From Magnetococcales bacterium (GTDB lineage: Bacteria > Pseudomonadota > Magnetococcia > Magnetococcales > Magnetaquicoccaceae), in contig JADFZD010000001.1 of NCBI GenBank assembly GCA_015232705.1, positions 1 through 47,826 of the forward strand: a DNA stretch of 47,826 nt. Reading direction: 5' to 3'. How positions within the stretch are numbered: position 1 is the stretch's first letter; every line of letters begins with the position of its first letter. Below are positions 36,424 through 46,113 of this stretch, piece after piece. The notes beneath the pieces were generated by a model that was not told the DNA's origin, searched no databases, and worked only from the letters and a program-made list of their open reading frames with translations. Made by a program: the position numbers and the translations under genes.

Positions 36424-37185
36424 TCACAACCGGTTGATCAACCCGGCCACATAACCGGCGCCAAAGCCGTTGTCGATGTTGACCACCGTGACATTGGCCG
36501 CACAACTGTTGAGCATGCCCAAAAGCGCCGTCAGACCACCGAAGGCAGCTCCATAGCCCGCCGAGGTCGGTACCGCGATCACCGGCTTGTCCACCAGACC
36601 GCCGACCACCGACGGCAGCGCACCCTCCATGCCGGCCACCACCACGAACACCCGTGCTGTCCGCAACAGCGCGTCCGCAGCCAGCAGACGGTGCAATCCG
36701 GCCACCCCGGCATCGAAGTGGGTCTCGACACGCGCACCCATCAATCGGGCCACCAACGCCGCCTCGCGCGCCACCCCGATGTCGCTGGTCCCGGCGCAGA
36801 GCACCCCTACCAGTCCATGAGGCGCCCGACCATCTTGACCCGCGCGAAACAGACAGCCGGTCCCCGGCTCATGCTGCAACTCCGGATAACGAACGGTCAA
36901 CCGGCGGATGCGCTTGCCGGTCAGCCGGGTGATCAGCAAGGGATCCTCGCGACCCATCGCCTGCCCGATGATCGCCTCCAGATGCGAAAAACGCTTCCCC
37001 TGTCCCAGCACCACCTCCGGGAAACCGTGTCGCGCCGCCCGCTGTGTATCGAGTCGCGCCACCACTTCGCCATCCTCGCGGCAAAACGCCACCGGAAAGC
37101 CACTCAACCGGCGCGACGCCTCCTCCACCGACAGTCGTCCTGCCGCCACCTCGACCAACAGGGCATGAATCCGCTCAGAAGTCAT
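36424..37185 (-). CDS. larB: Nickel-pincer cofactor biosynthesis protein LarB
   Basis: R.GFPEVV.G.GK, AGTSD..VA.EA, D.GVAGLHRL, AGMEGALPSV, PTS.GYG, MLNSCA, VNIDNGFGA. Confidence 0.95.
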   Translation of the reverse strand: MTSERIHALLVEVAAGRLSVEEASRRLSGFPVAFCREDGEVVARLDTQRAARHGFPEVVLGQGKRFSHLEAIIGQAMGREDPLLITRLTGKRIRRLTVRYPELQHEPGTGCLFRAGQDGRAPHGLVGVLCAGTSDIGVAREAALVARLMGARVETHFDAGVAGLHRLLAADALLRTARVFVVVAGMEGALPSVVGGLVDKPVIAVPTSAGYGAAFGGLTALLGMLNSCAANVTVVNIDNGFGAGYVAGLINRL

Positions 37186-38401
37186 AGGACTTGAACTCAA
37201 CGACCGGAGAGAGCTTCTCACCCGCCGCATCGGCCAGGAAAGGCATCAGATGCTGTTGGGCCTGGTGGAGCGTCCAGCCCTGACGCCGCGCCAGCATGGC
37301 CAGATCCTCGTGCTCCACACGCCAGATTCCCGCAGCCTCCTTGGCACGCAACGTCCCCCAGGGAGATTTCAAGGCGCGCTCCTCGCGTGGCAGCACATAG
37401 CGATCCATCAACGCCACCCGCACCCCCAGGGTGGTCGTATTGGCCAGAATGACCCGCGCCAGATTCTCCTCCTCACCCTGGGCAGCAACCACCTCCAGGC
37501 GTACACCCGGACGACCCTTTTTCATGGTGATGGGGATCAACGCCACATCCAGCGCCTTGGCCTGAAACAACAACTCCCAGAGGGAGCCATACCACTCGGG
37601 ATTCATGTCGTCGATGTGCGCCGAAAGCACGGCCACACGCTCACGATCCATGTCCGTGACCGGCGAGGGGATCTCTTCGTCGGTGTCGCAGATCAGGATG
37701 CGCATCAGATTGGCACGCCCTGGCAAATCGCGACTTCCCAGCCCATACCCCACGCGATCGATGCGGGGCAGATCCGGCGCGCCAAAGCTTTCGGCCAGCG
37801 TGACGAGAATCGCCGCACCGGTCGGGGTGACCAGTTCGGCCTCGACCGAATCGGCGCGCAGGGGGGCCTGATGGCGCTTGAGCAACTCGATCACCGCCGG
37901 AGCCGGAATCGGCATGCGCCCGTGGGCACACTGCACCGATCCCGATCCGGTCGGCACCGTCGAAGCCGTGATGCGGGTGGCGCCCAGTTTCCAAACCGCA
38001 AACGCCGCGCCCACGATATCGAGAATGGCATCCACCGCCCCCACCTCGTGAAAGTGGACCTCATCCACCGGGATGCCATGCACCACGGCTTCGGCCTCGG
38101 CCAGCTTGACGAAAATTTTTTCAGCCAACTCCTTGACCGGATCAGGCAGTTCGGCGCCCCGAATCAGGCCAAGAATCGCCGGCAACTGACGCTGCTGCTC
38201 GTGATCCTGGGTCAGGCGGATCGCGGCATGGATGCCGCGCACTCCACCGCGTCGTCCCCGTTTGAGATCAAGGGTCCAGCCCGGCAATCCCAGGGTGGAC
38301 AACGCCGCGCGCAACGATTTGGGTTCCAGGCCCGCATCCAGGCAGGCCGCCATAAACATGTTGCCGGAAATCCCGGCTTCCAGATCCAGATGCATTTGCA
38401 T
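37175..38401 (-). CDS. larC: Nickel insertion protein LarC
   Basis: GISGNM, VHFHEVGAVDAI.DI, CAHG..P.PAPA, TPTGAA, IDDM.PE, MKKGRPG, TTLGVR. Confidence 0.95.
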   Translation of the reverse strand: MQMHLDLEAGISGNMFMAACLDAGLEPKSLRAALSTLGLPGWTLDLKRGRRGGVRGIHAAIRLTQDHEQQRQLPAILGLIRGAELPDPVKELAEKIFVKLAEAEAVVHGIPVDEVHFHEVGAVDAILDIVGAAFAVWKLGATRITASTVPTGSGSVQCAHGRMPIPAPAVIELLKRHQAPLRADSVEAELVTPTGAAILVTLAESFGAPDLPRIDRVGYGLGSRDLPGRANLMRILICDTDEEIPSPVTDMDRERVAVLSAHIDDMNPEWYGSLWELLFQAKALDVALIPITMKKGRPGVRLEVVAAQGEEENLARVILANTTTLGVRVALMDRYVLPREERALKSPWGTLRAKEAAGIWRVEHEDLAMLARRQGWTLHQAQQHLMPFLADAAGEKLSPVVEFKSYDF

Positions 38402-38413
38402 GGTCGTGTCAGA

Positions 38414-39208
38414 TCACAATTTCAGGACGTGAAGGGCTGCGGTGATGAAGGCTTCCATCTCCGAGACCATGACCTGCCCGAAGATGGCCATGGTCAGCCC
38501 CATGACGACGAATCCGACGATCTGGGCGATGGGCATGGCCACAAAAAAGACCTGAATCTGCGGCGAAGCGCGGTTGATCAGGCCCATGCCCAAATAGAGC
38601 AGCTTGGTGGTACCGATGACAGGTGCGGCGATGATCAGCGCCAGTTTGAACATGCGCACAATCATCTCCATGCCGCCGCGCAGCAGATCTTCGGTATGCG
38701 GCAGTCCGGCCCCGAGTGGCAGGGTCGCGAACGAGCGCGCCACCCCTTCGACCAGCAGGAGGTGACCATTGAATCCCAGAAAGAGCATCAAGGCAGTCAT
38801 ATACATGAGATTGGAGAGTACGCCCTCTTGGACCCCGGAGGTGGGATCCATGACCATGGCCATGGAGAGTCCCATCTGAAAGCCCATCAATCCGCCGGCC
38901 ACCTGCACGGCGACCAGCACCCAGTGGATCAGCATGCCGAAGACAGCGCCGATGATCACCTCGGTGATGGCGGCGTAGCCCATGGCCACGACGCTGCCCT
39001 TCCCCTCCCCGATCCACGGAGGAACCAGCGGATAGATCACCACGGTCAGGGCAATGAGCAGCAGGGCCTTGATGCGGCTGGGACCGACGCTGCGCGAAAA
39101 AAGCGGTGCGGCCAGGAACATGCCGGACAAGCGGGAAAAAATCAGCAGCAGTCGTTCGATCTCGCCTGTCGAGAGGCCGAAGAGATCCAGCAGTGCCGTG
39201 GGTTCCAT
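38414..39208 (-). CDS. fliR: Flagellar export protein FliR
   Basis: R.SG....PLF, AG.....QMGLS....DP, NGH, PQIQVF....P. Confidence 0.93.
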   Translation of the reverse strand: MEPTALLDLFGLSTGEIERLLLIFSRLSGMFLAAPLFSRSVGPSRIKALLLIALTVVIYPLVPPWIGEGKGSVVAMGYAAITEVIIGAVFGMLIHWVLVAVQVAGGLMGFQMGLSMAMVMDPTSGVQEGVLSNLMYMTALMLFLGFNGHLLLVEGVARSFATLPLGAGLPHTEDLLRGGMEMIVRMFKLALIIAAPVIGTTKLLYLGMGLINRASPQIQVFFVAMPIAQIVGFVVMGLTMAIFGQVMVSEMEAFITAALHVLKL

Positions 39209-39228
39209 GGGATGCGTCTCCCTTCGGG

Positions 39229-39498
39229 TCACAGCACCATGCGTGGAATGGTGTCGAAGAGTTTGGCGAAGTAATCCATAAGGGTTTCCATCATCCATGG
39301 CAGAGTGAGGGAGAGTGCGAAGAAGGTGGCCAGGATTTTGGGAATGAACGTGAGGGTCATCTCCTGGATCTGGGTCACGGACTGGAACAGCGAGATGACG
39401 ATACCCACCACCAGGGCAGTCAGGAGCATGGGCGCGGAGATCAGCAAGGCGATCTTCAAGGCATCGTTCACCAGTTCCAGAACCGTGGTCACAGGCAT
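39229..39498 (-). CDS. fliQ: Flagellar export protein FliQ
   Basis: ISLFQSVTQIQEMTLTFIPKI, PWM. Confidence 0.95.
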   Translation of the reverse strand: MPVTTVLELVNDALKIALLISAPMLLTALVVGIVISLFQSVTQIQEMTLTFIPKILATFFALSLTLPWMMETLMDYFAKLFDTIPRMVL

Positions 39499-39588
39499 GG
39501 GAGAGCTGCTCCGTAAGGGATAGTCGAGGTATGACGGTAATTCATATGTTAGCCCAATCCAAATCCCATGCCAAGCGTGACGCCGGTC

Positions 39589-40722
39589 TCATGACCGGTC
39601 CAAAAGATCTTCGTGAATCATCTCGTAGACCTCGAAGACCGAGATGGCCATGGCGGCCAGGATCGGTCCGAAGAAGAGTCCCAGAATGCCGAACTGAATC
39701 AGTCCGCCGAACGTCGAAAGCACGGTGAAGAGGGTATAGTCCAGCACATGGAGTTCCCCGTTGCCATTCTCCTGCTGTTGGTTGGCCAGCCAGCCCATCA
39801 GGATCGGACGGGTGATGTTGTCGATCAAAAATCCGGTCACCAGCGACCCCCAAAGCGCCAGGAAAATCGCCTGTCCCGCATGGCCGTGCAGAAACAGCAC
39901 ATAGGCGGTGGGAGCCCAGACCACCATGCCTCCGACCACGGGAATGAAGGAGGCGGCGGCGATCGCCACGCCCAGGTAAAACCAGGGAAGACCCATGAAG
40001 GCGGTTACCAGAGCAAAGGAGACCCCCTGCAAAAAAGCGACCCCGAGAATGGTGGTGGTCAAGACCGTGGCCAGGGCAGCGAAGCGACCAAAGAGGATGT
40101 TGTCGTAATGGTTGGTGAGCGGGGAGAGCACCTTCAATTGTCGCGCCAGGCGCGGCCCGTCGCGATAGAAGAAGAACAGCGCAAACACCACCAGGATCAA
40201 CGAAGCGAAGAAGGCCAATCCGTTGTTGGTGATCCCCTTGAAAAGCGTGAGGAGCACCAGACCGATCCCTTTGCCCACCTCGGCATGATTCTCCCCGATC
40301 CACCCGATCAACTCCTCAAGCGGATACTCCGGGATCGGCAGGGCCGACACCAGGCGACGCAGTTCATCGGTCAGCGCCTCGGGCGAGGCAAACCCTGTAA
40401 ACCATGCCTGAATATCGCGCGACAAGGCGCCAGCTTTCACGGTGGTGGCCACCAGCAGATACAAAATCGGGCTTACCACCAAAAAAAACATCAAAACAGT
40501 CATGAAAACGGCTGCGCGATCCGATTCATTAGGCATGCGGGCTAAAATCCGCCGATAGAGCGGATAGGTCGAAGAGGCCAGCAGGGCCGCGAGAAACAAT
40601 CCGGGCAAAAACGGGGAAAAGAGCCACCCCATGCCGCCGATGGCCAGAACCAGGAGGGTCAACAGAAACCCTTCCTGATAGGGATGGTTTGTGGTCGTCG
40701 TGGGAGATTCGATTTTTTCCAT
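39589..40722 (-). CDS. AI-2E (PerM-like) family transporter
   Basis: FFFYRDG, SFIPVVG, DNITRP, GG...FG.LGLFFGP; start may be 40743. Confidence 0.9.
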   Translation of the reverse strand: MEKIESPTTTTNHPYQEGFLLTLLVLAIGGMGWLFSPFLPGLFLAALLASSTYPLYRRILARMPNESDRAAVFMTVLMFFLVVSPILYLLVATTVKAGALSRDIQAWFTGFASPEALTDELRRLVSALPIPEYPLEELIGWIGENHAEVGKGIGLVLLTLFKGITNNGLAFFASLILVVFALFFFYRDGPRLARQLKVLSPLTNHYDNILFGRFAALATVLTTTILGVAFLQGVSFALVTAFMGLPWFYLGVAIAAASFIPVVGGMVVWAPTAYVLFLHGHAGQAIFLALWGSLVTGFLIDNITRPILMGWLANQQQENGNGELHVLDYTLFTVLSTFGGLIQFGILGLFFGPILAAMAISVFEVYEMIHEDLLDRS

Positions 40723-40788
40723 CGTGTTGATCACTGATTGCATGCGCTTGCATGCCGAGGATGCTTACCCAGACGCAAGGAGAAGACC

Positions 40789-41457
40789 ATGAAACTGTTG
40801 TATTCCCTCTCTTTGGCCCTGTTGCTCGTGGCCGCGCCGCTGACCGTCGCCTGGAGCGACGAACCCGGCACCGCGACGCCCAAGGCGAACAAGACCGATA
40901 CCGCCAAGAGCAAGGAGGCCGCGCGTGTCGCCCAGGTCAAGAAGGACAAGGAGCATGTGCGTCAGGTAGTCCTCGCCAAAAAGGAGCAGCGCCTTGCCAA
41001 AAAGAATGGCACACACGTCTCCAAACGTCCCACCGACAAGACCATGGACCTCAAGGCCAAGGCAGGCAGCAAGCCGAACGCCAAATCCGTCGCCAAGACG
41101 GGCAGCAAAAAATCCCATAACGCAGCGCGCAAGCCTGGCAGCGCACCTGGTCCCCTTGGGATTCGCACCTGGACCTTCCCGGAATCCAACGAGGCACGCA
41201 CCAAAAAGCTCAACGAACTGGCTGGTCACATCCGTGTTGCCGAGAACGCCTATGATGCCGAAAACGCCAAATATCAAAAGCTCTTAAAGTCAAGCAAGGA
41301 TCAGGCCAAGCCGGATCCAAAGACCGCGACCACCCCGGACATGCAACGTGCCGCCTCTCAGCAACGCCTCACCGAGATCATGCAAAAACTCGACGCCCTG
41401 CATCAACACCGCAACGAGGTGGCAGGTATCGTGTTCTTGAAGAACGTGAAGAACTGA
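40789..41457 (+). CDS. Secreted Lys/Ala-rich hypothetical protein
   Basis: AAGGAG RBS, signal ending AWS, basic low-complexity middle, helical C-terminus. Confidence 0.75.
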   Translation: MKLLYSLSLALLLVAAPLTVAWSDEPGTATPKANKTDTAKSKEAARVAQVKKDKEHVRQVVLAKKEQRLAKKNGTHVSKRPTDKTMDLKAKAGSKPNAKSVAKTGSKKSHNAARKPGSAPGPLGIRTWTFPESNEARTKKLNELAGHIRVAENAYDAENAKYQKLLKSSKDQAKPDPKTATTPDMQRAASQQRLTEIMQKLDALHQHRNEVAGIVFLKNVKN

Positions 41458-41482
41458 TCCCGCCGTTTTGGTTTTACTGTTG

Positions 41483-41664
41483 AAAAAAAAGAGAGAGTCT
41501 GGGAGATTCCTCTCCCAGGATTGTGCTGTTGACGTTGACTTTAGCGCGCTTTTCTCAAAGAAGCATTTTTTGCGCTCTTTGCGAAAAATGCGCCGCGCGC
41601 AGCCTTCGCGAGCGTCGTTTCCGACTTTTGGAAACGACGCTCGTATTTTGCACACAGGCTTGGC
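41483..41664. repeat. Family B copy 2 (core only)
   Basis: gagagtctgggagattcctctcccagg...aaagaagcatttt..gcgaaaaatgcg..gtcgtttcc..ggaaacgac. Confidence 0.8.
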
Positions 41665-41826
41665 AGAACATGGCGCTTGACATTCAAGTCCATGGTTTGA
41701 TGTGAGCAGACTGTTAAGATAGCCAGATATATTGATATAATTATAGCTTGACTTGCATAAGATGATATGATAAAGCTAATTTTAATCTCCGATTGACTTT
41801 CCATTTACCATTAATAGGTTTCATTC

Positions 41827-42474
41827 ATGGATCAAACCTGGACCAGTGGAATTTTTACAATTATCGGTATTCTGATCGGCTCTGGCATAACCTGGCTCAA
41901 AGAGTTGTACTTACATAAAAGATCGCAAGATCGTGATGCCCATTATTTGGCGGTACGGGTCATTTGTGTTCTGGATCAGTTTGCATCGGACTGTTGTGCT
42001 GTTGCCTGTGATGATGGGATATGGGATCCCCATGAAAACCCGGATCCTCAAGGCAGACTTTTCGAAAAAGTAAAAGAGCCAGAGTCGATTCTTCTTCCAG
42101 ACGATGTGAATTGGAAAAGTATTGACAACATAATCCTATACAAAATACTTAACTTACCATTCAAATTAAAAAGCGTTAAAAAACTACTTAATGAACAATC
42201 AGAGTACGCAATTTATGATGATGGAAATTTGTGGTTCCAAACAAGGCAATACGAATATGCGTGTCTAGGACTTGATGTGATCGAGACTACTGAAAAACTG
42301 AAATCCAGATACAAAATACCTCACCCAGATGGTTTTGATCTTCCAGATTTAAAAAATTCTCTGATCGAAATAAAATCAAGCTGTGAGCAAAAAAAAATCT
42401 CGCCAACAGGATCATTCTTGAATCTGAATCGAACGAAACGATTTAAGCATAATAAAAATATCACCTCTCTATAA
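41827..42474 (+). CDS. AT-rich hypothetical protein with N-terminal TM
   Basis: GIFTIIGILIGSGITW; YLAVRVIC.LD.F...C..VA.DDG; markedly lower GC than its flanks. Confidence 0.75.
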   Translation: MDQTWTSGIFTIIGILIGSGITWLKELYLHKRSQDRDAHYLAVRVICVLDQFASDCCAVACDDGIWDPHENPDPQGRLFEKVKEPESILLPDDVNWKSIDNIILYKILNLPFKLKSVKKLLNEQSEYAIYDDGNLWFQTRQYEYACLGLDVIETTEKLKSRYKIPHPDGFDLPDLKNSLIEIKSSCEQKKISPTGSFLNLNRTKRFKHNKNITSL

Positions 42475-42547
42475 CATGCAACCAGACCCCCTTAGACGCA
42501 CGCCTTCCGTTTCCCAAGCCAGGAATTTATCTTGCTCCCAATGCAAA

Positions 42548-42590
42548 TGAGCCTGAGTAGTCGCTAAAAAACAGCGACTACTCAGGCTCA
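42548..42590. repeat. Perfect 18-bp inverted repeat
   Basis: tgagcctgagtagtcgct-aaaaaac-agcgactactcaggctca. Confidence 0.85.
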
Positions 42591-42597
42591 AGGGCGG

Positions 42598-42745
42598 TGC
42601 GCGCTTGCGCCATTTTTCGCAAAAATCGCGAAAAATGGCTTATCGTGAAAAGCGCGCGAAAGGCAAAGTCACAAAAGATACAGTCCCAAGGGCTTTGCCC
42701 TTGGATCCCACCGGGGGCGGTAACCGCCCCCGGTCCCCCGTGACA
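42598..42745 (+). repeat. Repeat family D copy 1
   Basis: gcgcgcttgcgcc...tcccaagggctttgcccttggatcccaccgggggcggtaaccgccccc..cccccgtgac. Confidence 0.85.
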
Positions 42746-42762
42746 GTTGGACACCCTCCCCC

Positions 42763-43692
42763 TCACCCCGGCAAAGCGCCGTTCACCGCCTCACGCAACG
42801 CCCGCGCCGCTGCCGCCACCCTCTCCATCACCTCGGCACGCCAACCGGGTCCGGAGATCTCTCCCGGCTTGAAGGGATACATCACCCCACGCGACGCCGC
42901 CGCATACGCCCCCACCCCATTGAAGCCCGCCGCGCGCGTCACCGCCTCCAGCGATCCACCCTGAGCGCCAATGCCGGGCATCAGAAACAACGCATGCGGG
43001 GCCAACTCCCGCAACCGACCGGCATGCGCCGGATAGGTGGCACCCACCACGATCCCCACGTTGCCATAGCCATGTGTACCAATCGACCCTTCCCCCCACG
43101 ACTCCGCAAGCTGCGCCATCCGTTCCGCCACCGTCTCGCCGGAGGTCAGAGTCAGATCCTGCAACTCGCCGGACGAGGGGTTGGAGGTCTTGGCCAACAC
43201 AAACAGCCCGGCATCGGGGTTGACCTCCTGAAACGGCGCCACCCCGTCCCGACCCAGATAACCGTTGATGGTCAACGCATCGGCGCGCCACGGATTGGGC
43301 GTGCCGAACAGCGGATGCTCCCGCCCCAGCCAGGCGATCCCATAAGCCCGCGCGGTATGCGACACGTCGTTGCGCTTGCCGTCCATAAGGATCGGCAACC
43401 CCATATCCCGCAACAGCATGATGGTCCGTCGCAACGCTACATGCCCGGCAGTGCCGTACTGTTCGTAAAAAGCCACCTGCGGTTTGAAACCGACCGCCTC
43501 CCCGGCGCTCGCCTCGATCACCGCGCGATTGAACTCGAACAGCGTCTCCTCCAGCCGCTCCTCGGTGGGCTCATCCCGCAAACGCTGACGCAGCTGCGCC
43601 GGAAAGCGTTCCACCTCCGGGTCCAACCCCACCACCACACGGGAACGCACCCGCAAGGCGCGTCCGATCCAACGATCCGCAAAATGGGCCAT
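42763..43692 (-). CDS. pyrF: Orotidine-5'-phosphate decarboxylase (type 2)
   Basis: VGLDP, FKPQVAFYE, DGKRNDV, KTSNP, VVGAT, LMPGIGAQGG, SRG. Confidence 0.95.
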   Translation of the reverse strand: MAHFADRWIGRALRVRSRVVVGLDPEVERFPAQLRQRLRDEPTEERLEETLFEFNRAVIEASAGEAVGFKPQVAFYEQYGTAGHVALRRTIMLLRDMGLPILMDGKRNDVSHTARAYGIAWLGREHPLFGTPNPWRADALTINGYLGRDGVAPFQEVNPDAGLFVLAKTSNPSSGELQDLTLTSGETVAERMAQLAESWGEGSIGTHGYGNVGIVVGATYPAHAGRLRELAPHALFLMPGIGAQGGSLEAVTRAAGFNGVGAYAAASRGVMYPFKPGEISGPGWRAEVMERVAAAARALREAVNGALPG

Positions 43693-43729
43693 CCGCCACT
43701 CCAAAAATCAATGTGCTGATTCAGGTCAC

Positions 43730-43960
43730 CAACTGTTGCCGGGGTCCGGGGACCGGATCGGTCCCCGGCAGAGGTTCGGAGACGGAGTCTCCGAGGTTTT
43801 GACTTTGATTTTCAGGCGCGTATTTCAAAAAAAATTTCGCGCCAGCCTTGGAAGCGGCATCGTTTTGCGTCTTTGGCAAAAGGACGCCGCTTCGCCTTGC
43901 CTCAAGCAGGCCGCCGCAGGCGACCATCTGCCGCAAACCGTTCCCCAGAATCGTTGCTAA
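43730..43960 (+). repeat. Repeat family C copy
   Basis: caactgttgccggggtccggggaccggatcggtccccggcagaggttcggagacggagtctccgaggtttt. Confidence 0.8.
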
Positions 43961-43989
43961 AAAACAACAACGATTCATGGCACATATAA

Positions 43990-44126
43990 GCGCGCGCTTG
44001 CGCCTTTTTAGCCGCGCGAAAAAGTCTTGTCGTGAAAAACGCGCAAAAATCAAAGATCAAAAAAAATCCCAAGGGCTTTGCCCTTGGATCCCACCGGGGG
44101 CGATAATCGCCCCCGAACCCCCGTGA
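43990..44126 (+). repeat. Repeat family D copy 2
   Basis: Shares tcccaagggctttgcccttggatcccaccgggggcg with copy 1. Confidence 0.85.
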
Positions 44127-44152
44127 CTCTCGGAATCCTGAATCGTTGCCTC

Positions 44153-45466
44153 TTACTCGCAAAACGCCGCCACCGCCGCCTCGATGCCGTCCCAGCCACG
44201 ATGCAACGCCTCCGGCGTGATGCAATACGGGGGCATCAGATACAACACTGCCCCCAAAGGGCGGATGATCATGCCACGATCCAGAAAAAAACGGATCAGA
44301 CGCGGGGTGAATGACGAACCATAGCGCCGATCCGGCAGGGCCAGCTCGAATGCCGCCACTGCGCCCATGGTGCGCGGGTAGAGAATCCGATCCCCCAAGC
44401 CAGCCAGACGCGCCCGATGCACTGTCTCGATGGCTGCCACCCGCGCCAGAGTATCCTCGCGCTCGAACAACCCCAACGAGGCCAAAGCCGCCGCGCAACC
44501 CAAGGCATTGGCGGTGAAGGAGTGACCATGCGCCAGCGCCCGATCAAAGGTCTCACCCAGAAAGGCGGCATAGATCCGCTCTTGGCAGGCGGTGACGGCC
44601 ATCGGCAGGAATCCTCCGGTCAACCCCTTGGAAAGACAGATAAAATCCGGCTCGATCCCAGCCTTTTCACACGCGAACAGCGTGCCGCAGCGGCCAAACC
44701 CGGTCATCACCTCATCGGCGATCAACAACACCCCCGCCCCACGCAGTCGCGCGACCAGGGCACGCAGAAACTCCGGACGGCAGATGCGCATGCCACCCGC
44801 GCCCTGAATCAACGGTTCGATCAACATGGCCGCGCAGTCGCTGCCGTGGCTCTCCAGATAGCGATCCAGCGCCCCAAGGGCATGCGACTCCTTCTCGACG
44901 ACATCCGGATCCCCCACCCAGGTGGCCGGAAACGGCACCGTGTCCACGCCGAACAGCAGCGACCCATACCCTTCGAACAAGCCGGAGGATCGACTTGCCG
45001 ACATCGCGCCCACGGTATCCCCATGGTAGCCGTGCTCGAATACCAGAAAACGACCGCGCACTTGACCCATGTTACGCCAGTAGTGCAGAGCCATCTTCAT
45101 GGCCACCTCGACCGCCGTCGAGCCGTCGTCCGAGTAAAAGATCCGCGTCAACCCCGCCGGCAACCGCTTGACCAACTCTTCGGCCAAGCGCACCGCCGGT
45201 TCGTGGGTCAGACCGGCAAAGATGATCTGGGCCATGGCATGGGCCTGCTTGCCGATCGCCTCGGCGATCACCGGGTGGGCATGGCCATGGATCGCCACCC
45301 ACCAGGAGGCGATCAGATCCAGATACTCGCTGCCATCCACCCCCGTAAGCCAGGCCCCGTGCGCCGAAGCGATTGGCACCGGCAGCGGTGCGGTGGCCTG
45401 CTGGGTGTAAGGGTGCCAGACATGCGCCCGATCCAGGGTGATCAAGGCATCGTGTACGCTGTTCAC
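44153..45466 (-). CDS. bioA: Adenosylmethionine-8-amino-7-oxononanoate aminotransferase
   Basis: VWHPYTQ, SWWV..HGH, GSTAVEVAMK, YHGDT, DEVMTGFGR, SKGLTGG, HGHS; GTGA overlap with bioD. Confidence 0.96.
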   Translation of the reverse strand: MNSVHDALITLDRAHVWHPYTQQATAPLPVPIASAHGAWLTGVDGSEYLDLIASWWVAIHGHAHPVIAEAIGKQAHAMAQIIFAGLTHEPAVRLAEELVKRLPAGLTRIFYSDDGSTAVEVAMKMALHYWRNMGQVRGRFLVFEHGYHGDTVGAMSASRSSGLFEGYGSLLFGVDTVPFPATWVGDPDVVEKESHALGALDRYLESHGSDCAAMLIEPLIQGAGGMRICRPEFLRALVARLRGAGVLLIADEVMTGFGRCGTLFACEKAGIEPDFICLSKGLTGGFLPMAVTACQERIYAAFLGETFDRALAHGHSFTANALGCAAALASLGLFEREDTLARVAAIETVHRARLAGLGDRILYPRTMGAVAAFELALPDRRYGSSFTPRLIRFFLDRGMIIRPLGAVLYLMPPYCITPEALHRGWDGIEAAVAAFCE

Positions 45467-46113
45467 AGTCCCAATCTCCGCCGTGTCATCACCCACCGTT
45501 CCGGATCCCAGGGGGGAACCGCTGCCAAGGCCTCCGGGGTGAGCGGATCGAGCCAGGGGATCTCGGCCAGCAGGGAGACCGCCCCGAAATCGGTGATCGC
45601 CGTGCGATTGACCGCATTGGGCACTCCGGAGAGAATCACCCCGAGAATTTCCAGATCGCGACGCCGCAACGCCTCCAGGGTCAGCAAGGTGTGGTTGATG
45701 GTCCCAAGCGTGGTACGCGCCACCACCACCACCGGCATGGCCAATCGCACCATCAGATCCACCATGCTCTCCCGATGGTTCAGCGGCACCAGCGCCCCGC
45801 CCGCCCCCTCGACGACCAGACAGGAGCCGCCGGCATCCGGCAGGTTGAAATCCGCCAATCGGATTGAAATCCCGTCACGCCGCGCGGCTTCGTGGGGCGA
45901 GAGCGGCGCGTTCAGACGAAACCGCTCGGGGTGGATCCGCCCACCCCCGGACAAGCGGGCCACCACATGGCTGTCACTCTCCTCCTCCAGTCCTGACTGC
46001 ACCGGTTTCCAGTAGCAGGCGCCGAGACGCGCCACCAGCCATGCCGAGGCGATGCTTTTGCCTACCCCGGTGTCGGTGCCGGTGACGAACAGCCCGGTGC
46101 CAGAATCACGCAT
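45463..46113 (-). CDS. bioD: Dethiobiotin synthase
   Basis: TGTDTGVGKS, YWKPVQSG, EGAGG, LGTINHTLL. Confidence 0.96.
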   Translation of the reverse strand: MRDSGTGLFVTGTDTGVGKSIASAWLVARLGACYWKPVQSGLEEESDSHVVARLSGGGRIHPERFRLNAPLSPHEAARRDGISIRLADFNLPDAGGSCLVVEGAGGALVPLNHRESMVDLMVRLAMPVVVVARTTLGTINHTLLTLEALRRRDLEILGVILSGVPNAVNRTAITDFGAVSLLAEIPWLDPLTPEALAAVPPWDPERWVMTRRRLGL

